Below, piece after piece: positions 57,457-64,000 of a stretch of 64,000 bases of DNA. The notes beneath the pieces are model-generated. The model did no database searches. It saw only the letters and a list, made by a program, of their open reading frames with translations, and was not told the DNA's origin. Position 1 is the stretch's first letter. Each line of letters starts with the position of its first letter. The position numbers and the translations under genes were made by a program. The stretch is from an uncultured Methanosarcinales archaeon (GTDB taxonomy: Archaea > Nanobdellota > Nanobdellia > Woesearchaeales > UBA11576), in assembly GCA_964563755.1 (NCBI GenBank), contig CAZLYC010000001.1, forward strand, positions 11,548 through 75,547, given 5' to 3'.

Positions 57457-57689
57457 AATTCACCTATATAACCAATTCGAATCTACACGATAAACCGTGT
57501 ATAAACCAAAAAGAATGAGACTTTATTTATAAATATATTGAAAAAAAGAAAGAATTTTTCGACAAAAAAAGTATTTTTGTCGCCGAATCAAACGTCCTTG
57601 ATTCCGCAGGTATGCAACCAAAACTTTCAAAAAGTTTTGATTCAAATGGTGCGGCTTCGCAAACCGTTGCTCAGTCACACTAAAAAAAA

Positions 57690-58649
57690 TCAAACGTCCT
57701 TTATGCCGCCGGTCTCAACAATGAAGTTGCACTCGCCGTCAGGGAGGTTTGGAGCGTCAATAAGTTTTGCAACTCTTGAACCCTTCTTGCCTTTCCTCAG
57801 ATAAATCCTGAAAGTTGAAGCGTGCGCAACAATGTGGCCGCCGACTGCCTTTGTCGGGTCTCCGAAGAACTGCGCAGGATCCACCTGGACCTGGTTAGTC
57901 ACGTAGACGCAGATGTTCTTTGTATCAGCCAGCTTAATCAAAGTGTGCATGTGCTTATTGAGCTTCTGCTGCCTTTCAGCAAGTGTCCCTCGACCGATGA
58001 ACTCTGCACGGAAATGCGCTGTAAGCGAATCGACTATTATCAATTTCACGTTGAGCTTATCCTGGTCTATCATCTCAGCAATCTTCTCTGCAAGAAGCAT
58101 CTGGTGGTCAGAGTTGTAAGCTTTTGCAACTTTGATGTTGCGCAAGACCTGCGTCGTATCAAGACCCAGCCCTTCAGCGAACTGGCGAACCCTCTCTGGC
58201 CTGAAAGTGTTCTCAGTATCAATATAGATGGCGACAGCGGAAGGGTCTTCCAACTGACATCTGACAGCAAGCAGATGACCTATCTGCGTCTTTCCGGAAC
58301 CGAACTCTCCGAAACACTCTGTTATCGCGCCGGTCTCAAAACCACCAGCCATGAGTTCATCAAAAGCCTTGCTTCCGGTAGTTATCTTCCTCACACGCTC
58401 ACGCTTCTCAAGCACTTCAATGCCTGATATGAAACCCATCTTCAGTGAGTCGCGTGCTGCCTGTATCATCTTCCTTGCTACAGACTCTGTGACGCCAGCG
58501 TCTTCCATAAGTTTACCTGGAGAAGCCACTGCAATGCTCATCACAGTATCATAGCCAGACTCCTTAAGCTTCTCTGCTGTCGCCGCCCCGACGCCAGGCA
58601 GGTCAAAAAGGTCAGGCAATTTCTCATCCGAAGACTTTTCTTCTGCCAT
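57690..58649 (-). CDS. radA: DNA repair and recombination protein RadA
   Basis: N-terminal HhH (LPGVGAATAEKLKESGYDTVMSIAV), Walker A GEFGSGKTQ and the RecA core. Start chosen at the internal MAEEKSS (319 aa). The ORF extends to 58742. Confidence 0.85.
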   Translation of the reverse strand: MAEEKSSDEKLPDLFDLPGVGAATAEKLKESGYDTVMSIAVASPGKLMEDAGVTESVARKMIQAARDSLKMGFISGIEVLEKRERVRKITTGSKAFDELMAGGFETGAITECFGEFGSGKTQIGHLLAVRCQLEDPSAVAIYIDTENTFRPERVRQFAEGLGLDTTQVLRNIKVAKAYNSDHQMLLAEKIAEMIDQDKLNVKLIIVDSLTAHFRAEFIGRGTLAERQQKLNKHMHTLIKLADTKNICVYVTNQVQVDPAQFFGDPTKAVGGHIVAHASTFRIYLRKGKKGSRVAKLIDAPNLPDGECNFIVETGGIKDV

Positions 58650-58770
58650 TTTCCTCGACTTCCTAGAAGTTTTCTCGGACTCATGAGATGATGGAACTTC
58701 CATCACATCTGAATCATTATAAGATGCTGCCTCTGTTGTCATTTAGTACCACCTCATATTTTAATCTTGC

Positions 58771-59058
58771 CTAAAAGATTTCAACAGCCATGTCACTCTG
58801 GCTATTGAGAACAATGTATTCGTATGCCTTATTGAGCACAACGACTGCTTTAGGAAGGTCCATTGTCCTTAAAGAGCTAGAAGTCTTCCATTCGTCAGTC
58901 TCTTTGTCCTTGTAAGACCGCTCGAAAGAAACAGACCTGACTTCTGTGTCACGTCCATCTTTTGTCTTTATAGTATTGCGCCATATAGTCGCACAGATAG
59001 CGCCTGCCCTGAACTTCTTTTCAGGCAAATTTTTTCCGAATTCATTTAAGCTACTCAT
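58771..59058 (-). CDS. Small ssDNA-binding-like protein, possibly PC4/Sub1-like
   Basis: FRAGAICATIWRNTIKTKDGRDTEVRSVSFERSYKDKETDEWKTSSSLRTMDLPKAVVVLNKAYEYI resembles the PC4 beta-sheet/helix pattern. This is weak, pattern-level similarity. Confidence 0.35.
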   Translation of the reverse strand: MSSLNEFGKNLPEKKFRAGAICATIWRNTIKTKDGRDTEVRSVSFERSYKDKETDEWKTSSSLRTMDLPKAVVVLNKAYEYIVLNSQSDMAVEIF

Positions 59059-59285
59059 TTTTACTCCTCGCGTTGCTTTTCGCATCTTTTTTCAACCCGA
59101 CAAACCGCTTTTTTGCGATTTTGGGCCGCGATACAGATAACAGAGGCAGACATCGTTTAAATAGCTCATCCGAGCATGTCCAGTGGGCTGTGGAGGAATA
59201 AAACCTGCATAAGCTAAGAATTCTGCAAGACGGGAAAACGCCGAAAATATTCCGTGTGTCTAGTGCTATGCTAATTATTGGTGCA

Positions 59286-59380
59286 AGAATGCCGCGCTCG
59301 CACTGCTTCTTATTCGGTTGTTGTCTGCCCAGCTGCAAGGTAATTAGAATTTGAAAACGCTGCTCGCTAGGCGGCATTCT
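59286..59380. repeat. Copy B of the ~90-nt structured element (same GCCGCGCTCGCACTG core; terminal helix AGAATGCCGC/GCGGCATTCT)
   Basis: See copy A at 14982-15072. The terminal inverted repeat is intact in both copies despite the sequence change. Confidence 0.5.
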
Positions 59381-59389
59381 TGTCGGATT

Positions 59390-59842
59390 CTACAGGAAAA
59401 TCAAGCTGAAAATGCAAACTGCAATCAACACAAAGAAAAAAGCGTGCTCGTAAAATGCTCCTGTGTGAAAAGGTCCTCTGAATCTTAGGTGCGTCAATGG
59501 ATGGAGAGGCATTATGCCTTGTGTTGAAAATGCATCCGCAAACATGTGCGATGCATAGCCGAGCAGGAACGCTATAGAACACATCACTGAGCCAGACAAC
59601 ATGAAAAGCAGGAAAGGAAACAAGACTATAGCGAAAAAAGAGTGAAAGAACCCACGATGCTCGAAAAAAAGAGAGATTGGCCACGCCATCTGGCCGAGCC
59701 TTGATTTTGGATGGTCGATGTCAGGAAAAGCAGCTCCGAACAACAGAATAAATGCGAAAAGCAACTGGTTCGCTGGATTTAGGAACTTTATCGCAAATAT
59801 TGCTACAAGAAAACCAAATGCGATGTGAGTGCGGAAGAGCAT
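59390..59842 (-). CDS. Membrane-bound metal-dependent hydrolase-like protein (YdjM/DUF457-like)
   Basis: Four TM helices with conserved His/Asp (DIDHPKSRLG; HRGFFHS; HMFADAF). 150 aa. Confidence 0.5.
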   Translation of the reverse strand: MLFRTHIAFGFLVAIFAIKFLNPANQLLFAFILLFGAAFPDIDHPKSRLGQMAWPISLFFEHRGFFHSFFAIVLFPFLLFMLSGSVMCSIAFLLGYASHMFADAFSTQGIMPLHPLTHLRFRGPFHTGAFYEHAFFFVLIAVCIFSLIFL

Positions 59843-59904
59843 GATACTACAAAAAGAATGATGAATTAATAAATATTCGTTGTGAGAATCGAAAGAACTT
59901 CCGA

Positions 59905-60531
59905 TTAATTCGATTTGTAATCGTCGAACGGAAGCATCAACTGATAAGACTTGTCTGCCAGCCCTTTAGAGATGCTAAACTCCACACAGCTATATCTCCA
60001 ACAGTCTTTTGCCGACTTAAGCATCCTTCTAAGTATAGAATCCAGACGCGGTTGGCTTTTGTATATTTCATGTGCCTGTCGAGTTATCTCCAGTTCTATT
60101 GGATGTGACTCTCCCAGATGAAGCCCACCATATCCGATGAACTCAGGAGCCAGATGCGTTATCTCGTGCAAAAACGATTTTACACTCTCCTCTAGACCAA
60201 GCTCTTCATTCACCTGTATGGTATATGCAAAATCAGGTTTGTGAGAGTAGATAATCCTTGCTCTACAGAACAGAGGACAAACTTCTAAGTTTGCGCCTTC
60301 TTTCTTGATTTTCAGCAATCCTTCATAAATGCCCATATCATGGTACCAATAATCTGAACGAGTTAATAGCACTATAAAGATTACGTTATTTTTCCGAATG
60401 TCTCCGTAGACATAATAAATTCGTTTAAATGCTACGTGCCATAATTGAACGGTGACGAAAGACAAAAACATAAAGATAATAAATAAGCAGAAAATGAGAT
60501 GGCCAAAGGGGAGGCAAAGGGGGTAATTCAA
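59905..60531 (-). CDS. Putative zinc metallopeptidase (HExxH)
   Basis: HEITHLAPEF motif followed by a downstream Glu. An N-terminal hydrophobic segment is present. The start is uncertain. Confidence 0.35.
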   Translation of the reverse strand: MNYPLCLPFGHLIFCLFIIFMFLSFVTVQLWHVAFKRIYYVYGDIRKNNVIFIVLLTRSDYWYHDMGIYEGLLKIKKEGANLEVCPLFCRARIIYSHKPDFAYTIQVNEELGLEESVKSFLHEITHLAPEFIGYGGLHLGESHPIELEITRQAHEIYKSQPRLDSILRRMLKSAKDCWRYSCVEFSISKGLADKSYQLMLPFDDYKSN

Positions 60532-61547
60532 TGATAAAGCTCAGCGCAGAACAGATAATCGCGAAGATAAAAGAGAAAAAAGGCATTTCTGAAGAAGAGA
60601 TCAACCAGCGAATAAAGGAAAAGATGGACCAGCTAGCTGGACTTGTCTCAAGAGACGGTGCTGCGCACATAGTCGCTAATGAACTAGGTATAAACGCATT
60701 CGAGGAATTCACAGGCAAGGTCAAACTCAACAAGCTCCTGCCAGGCATGAGAAGTGTCGATGTCGTCGGAAAAATCCGCCAGATATACGAGATAAGGGAA
60801 TTCAAGACAGAGAAAGGCAGCGGAAAAGTAGGAAGCTTCCTCATAGGAGACGAAGAAGGACTCGCAAGAGTCACATGCTGGCATGCGCAGACAGAAAAGA
60901 TGTCAACTCTAAAGCCAGAAGACATAGTCAGGATAAAGAACGCTTATGTAAGAGATAACAACGGCAGACTAGAACTGCATCTAAACGACAAGAGCGAAAT
61001 AGAAGTGAATCCGCCGGGAGAAAAAGTGGTGGTGCCTGATAATCTGAAACCTCAGCAGGCAGATGTGACAAGAAAGAAGATATCAGAACTTGCGGACGGA
61101 GAGAATAACATAGAGATACTCGGTACAATCGTGCAGGCATTCGAGCCAAGATTCTTCGAGGTATGCCCCAGTTGCGGAAAAAGGGCACGACAAAGGGAGA
61201 ATGCGTTCGTCTGCGAACAGCACGACATAGTCAACCCAGACTATTCTTATGTCGTCAACGCGATAATAGACGACGGAAGCGAAACAATACGAGCCATATT
61301 CTTCAGGGAGCAAGCAGAGCAGCTCATAAGAAAACCAAGAGAAGAAATCGTCCAGTACAGGCAGTTCAGGGAAAAATTCGACGAAGTCAAGATAGAACTC
61401 CTAGGACAGATGACGAAACTCACAGGACGAGTCGCTAAAAATGCCATGTTCGACAGGCTTGAGTTCAATGTAAGGAAAGTCGAGATGAACCCAGACCCTA
61501 AAGCAGAGATAGAACTCCTGAACAAGAAGCTAGGAAACCAGCAGTAA
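60531..61547 (+). CDS. rpa: Replication protein A (ssDNA-binding; OB folds plus a C4 zinc finger)
   Basis: OB-fold blocks (VDVVGKIRQIYEIREF...GSFLIGDEEGLARVTCW) and a Zn ribbon (CPSCGKRARQRENAFVCEQH). 338 aa. Confidence 0.75.
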   Translation: MIKLSAEQIIAKIKEKKGISEEEINQRIKEKMDQLAGLVSRDGAAHIVANELGINAFEEFTGKVKLNKLLPGMRSVDVVGKIRQIYEIREFKTEKGSGKVGSFLIGDEEGLARVTCWHAQTEKMSTLKPEDIVRIKNAYVRDNNGRLELHLNDKSEIEVNPPGEKVVVPDNLKPQQADVTRKKISELADGENNIEILGTIVQAFEPRFFEVCPSCGKRARQRENAFVCEQHDIVNPDYSYVVNAIIDDGSETIRAIFFREQAEQLIRKPREEIVQYRQFREKFDEVKIELLGQMTKLTGRVAKNAMFDRLEFNVRKVEMNPDPKAEIELLNKKLGNQQ

Positions 61548-62332
61548 TGCTCATGGATATATTTTATTCAAAGATACTCAGAGAAGCCAACACACTATTC
61601 GGATTCTTTGTCGCAATATTAGTATTCCTGCTGATAATAACAGTCATAGCGAAAGCGCCTGAACAAAGGAATATCCTGATAAGCTTTGACGTCGAGGAAG
61701 TCGATACCAGAAATGATATCACAAACATACTCGAGATACTTTACGACAACAAAATAGACGCGACTTTCTTTGTCACAGGAGGGTACGCAGAAAAAAATCC
61801 TGGAATTGTCAAGATGATGTCTGCGCATGAGATTGCGTGCCATGCATATTCACATAAAACTTTGACAAAAATGGATTATGAAGATAAGAAAAAAGAGGTA
61901 ACTGCGTGCGCAGATACAATAAAGAACATAACAGGCACAAGACCAATAGGATTTCGCGCACCATATCACAGGATAGACCTGGAAACACTTGAAATACTTG
62001 ACCAAGAAGGCTTCACATATGACGCGTCAATAATAAAAGGCCTCGGATTCGCTTTCCCTGACGTTTCAATGCACAGCATAGGAGAGATTCCTGTGTCGAG
62101 CATCTTTGGAATACCCATAGAAGATGTGATCTGGATATACTATCTTAGGTCAAATGACGTGTTTTTCTACATCCTGAACCACAAAAATACCGAATTGGAG
62201 TCATACCTGTTCCACCCACACCACATAATGCTCCATAAAGAGGAATTTAGGGGCTTCATAAAGGGTTTAAAAACCCAAAACGCAAATTTTATAAGCCACA
62301 AAGGACTAATTTTTTCACAAGATGGGGGTTAA
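61547..62332 (+). CDS. Polysaccharide deacetylase (NodB-homology, CE4) with an N-terminal TM anchor
   Basis: NodB motifs ISFDVEE (TFDD-like) and IACHAYSHKTL (H-x-x-x-H region), and RAPYH. 261 aa. Confidence 0.7.
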   Translation: MLMDIFYSKILREANTLFGFFVAILVFLLIITVIAKAPEQRNILISFDVEEVDTRNDITNILEILYDNKIDATFFVTGGYAEKNPGIVKMMSAHEIACHAYSHKTLTKMDYEDKKKEVTACADTIKNITGTRPIGFRAPYHRIDLETLEILDQEGFTYDASIIKGLGFAFPDVSMHSIGEIPVSSIFGIPIEDVIWIYYLRSNDVFFYILNHKNTELESYLFHPHHIMLHKEEFRGFIKGLKTQNANFISHKGLIFSQDGG

Positions 62333-62987
62333 TAGACAAGTAGGGAAGATAGTTTTAGTTCTAACGATAGTTTCTTTACTAATCCTCACAGGCTGCGGAA
62401 CAGATAACTGCGACCCTGACAAGAGCTACGAACAGATACCGCAAATAAAGACAGTAGAGCTCTACGAAGACCAGCCATACACAACCCAAGAATACGAAGT
62501 GGTGGGCAAGAAATGCCTCAGCAGAGATTATAGCGAACTCAACAACTCAAGATTCAGCGTAAGCCTTGGGCCGCCAGAATGGCTCACACAGCCACCTGTA
62601 GTCGGACAGACAAACTACCTTAGAAGGGTCGTCAAGGTATACAATGCAATCAATGAGATAGATACAATCTACCTCGATAAGATATACTTATATGACGGGG
62701 AAGAGACCAAAAGGTCAAGGCACGCACTCAAATTCCTAGTTGAACCGAAATCAGTGAGGACTCTCTATGTGATGTGGGACACGCAATACGACCCACTAAA
62801 AGATGTTGTAGTTGACTTCTCTAATAATACCGCAGAGCTTGGATTTGAAACATCGACCATGCAGCTTTGCATAAACGAGACAAAGGCAATCAATGTCACG
62901 AAATACAACAAGGTAAAGACAGGAGAAAAAGTAGAGACAGAAGGATACAGAGACCTCATCAGGGTAAAACTCAAGAGGGAATGCTAA
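62322..62987 (+). CDS. Secreted lipoprotein, hypothetical
   Basis: Signal plus lipobox (LLILTGCGTDNC). 221 aa. Confidence 0.45.
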   Translation: MGVNRQVGKIVLVLTIVSLLILTGCGTDNCDPDKSYEQIPQIKTVELYEDQPYTTQEYEVVGKKCLSRDYSELNNSRFSVSLGPPEWLTQPPVVGQTNYLRRVVKVYNAINEIDTIYLDKIYLYDGEETKRSRHALKFLVEPKSVRTLYVMWDTQYDPLKDVVVDFSNNTAELGFETSTMQLCINETKAINVTKYNKVKTGEKVETEGYRDLIRVKLKREC

Positions 62988-64000
62988 ATCTCGGGTAGTG
63001 TAAGTACACTCGATAATGATTCTTCGCTTAAAATTCCCTTGTACTCTATATCTTCCATGACAACTGTCTTGATACCAATCACTGCAAACCTTGCTTGATG
63101 AGGAGATTCTATGAATCCACATTCCACTTCTGTGAAGTCTGACGCTGGCCTTGAAAACGTAACAGAACCATCGTTAAGCTGTGAGATGCCTTCTGCATAA
63201 AGCCCATCTTTCATTGAATTATCAAAATCGACCTCTCCATCATTGAAACAGTATATCTTATATGTTATAGAATAGTCAGACTGCAGCTGTGTCCCATCTA
63301 TATTGGTTGTCACAGGATCTATAGTGAATGCGACATTTTCTCCTTCTATCGCTACAAAACGTATGACTGCGAGAGCAGGAGGTACGTCATCATTTGGAGC
63401 CTCATTATGTTCTGCATCAGTAAGAGTGAATGCAGGGCTCTCTGCACCTGTAGAATCTGTAGCAGTTATGGCGAAAACATAGTACTGTCCATTATTCAGC
63501 TCAGGTATGATATAGAAATACTTGTTCTCTAATATCGAATAATACAGCTTTTTATCTTTCAGTAACGTACTGAAAGTTCCGTCTTCTGAAATAATATCTT
63601 CAGGGCTTAGCGAAGAACTTATTCCGTAGGATATTTCACAATTGGTTCCCTTCACAGCACATCTTGGCTCTAATATCGAACTGACTTCTATATCTTTATC
63701 TTCCGCTGTTGCCACATTAACAGAAAGCATTTTTAGACCTTCTATCGAAGAAGAATCAAATGATTTAGGAGCCCTGTCCCTGAAAGTCGCCGCAATCCCT
63801 GCACTCTCTGAGTAGTATATGTTATAATTCATAACATTGCCTTCCAACAAGTCCCAGAATAAAACAGACTTATTTGATGACAATGGTAGGTCGTATACCT
63901 CGAAATTTGATATTGATGATACTTCACCCTTAAACATATAGGCAAATCTCATGACCAGCTGCTGAAGCTCGAGCTGATTCGTATCCTTATTATACGCCAC
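62984..64000 (-). CDS. Hypothetical secreted beta-rich protein, partial (N-terminus beyond the window end)
   Basis: The ORF is open to position 64000. The visible C-terminal 338 aa are Ser/Thr/Asn-rich. Confidence 0.4.
   Translation of the reverse strand: MAYNKDTNQLELQQLVMRFAYMFKGEVSSISNFEVYDLPLSSNKSVLFWDLLEGNVMNYNIYYSESAGIAATFRDRAPKSFDSSSIEGLKMLSVNVATAEDKDIEVSSILEPRCAVKGTNCEISYGISSSLSPEDIISEDGTFSTLLKDKKLYYSILENKYFYIIPELNNGQYYVFAITATDSTGAESPAFTLTDAEHNEAPNDDVPPALAVIRFVAIEGENVAFTIDPVTTNIDGTQLQSDYSITYKIYCFNDGEVDFDNSMKDGLYAEGISQLNDGSVTFSRPASDFTEVECGFIESPHQARFAVIGIKTVVMEDIEYKGILSEESLSSVLTLPEI

Noticed and set aside
57146-57493. Plus-strand Pro-rich ORF (PPPPPNPPPPNPPPNPPP) antisense to the TRAM gene
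   Set aside because: It is an artefact of translating the complement of the GGN-rich Gly-repeat coding region.
59051-59377. 108-aa minus-strand ORF covering repeat copy B
   Set aside because: It overlaps a non-coding structured element and the promoter region of the PC4-like gene. It has no sensible start context.

Overview
This window reads as a compact archaeal chromosome segment of roughly 40% GC. The gene content suggests a small-genome (DPANN-like) archaeon; that is inference from gene content, not a search. Coding density is high on both strands and promoters are archaeal TATA boxes, with no bacterial -10/-35 signals.

Housekeeping genes recognisable from conserved motifs:
- DNA replication/repair: FEN-1, Hjc resolvase, RadA, RadB, RPA, topoisomerase VI A and B, and the archaeal DnaG primase.
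- RNA processing and translation: RNase J, RNase Z, the tRNA-splicing endonuclease EndA, Trm5, TrmI, a 2'-5' RNA ligase-like phosphoesterase, ribosomal protein S2, ABCE1, a RIO kinase followed by a KH/Dim2-like gene, an AK6/Fap7 kinase and MBF1.

I found four tRNA or tRNA-like genes, and every one is interrupted by an intron. Two of them (Arg-UCU and Cys-GCA) form a tightly spaced pair, and two have unusual or unresolved architecture.

The most striking block is a surface/secretome island at about 24.4-43.5 kb:
- a 3240-aa secreted beta-helix protein packed with N-glycosylation sequons, co-operonic with a poly-glycine, Pro/Thr-linker membrane-anchored protein;
- a 668-aa Cys-rich DxDxDG-repeat lipoprotein;
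- a membrane-anchored ArsR-type HTH protein paired with a DUF4349-like lipoprotein;
- a 1140-aa PKD + beta-helix + GH5-like glycosidase.

Two paralogous GT-C-type membrane glycosyltransferases lie elsewhere in the window.

Other oddities:
- a roughly 90-nt structured element present in two diverged copies whose terminal helix covaries;
- an 830-bp non-coding region with direct repeats and a perfect 16-nt palindrome;
- an amino-acid permease fused to a methyltransferase;
- a stand-alone voltage-sensor-like membrane protein;
- tandem HIT-family paralogs.

No CRISPR array, integrase or transposase was recognised.
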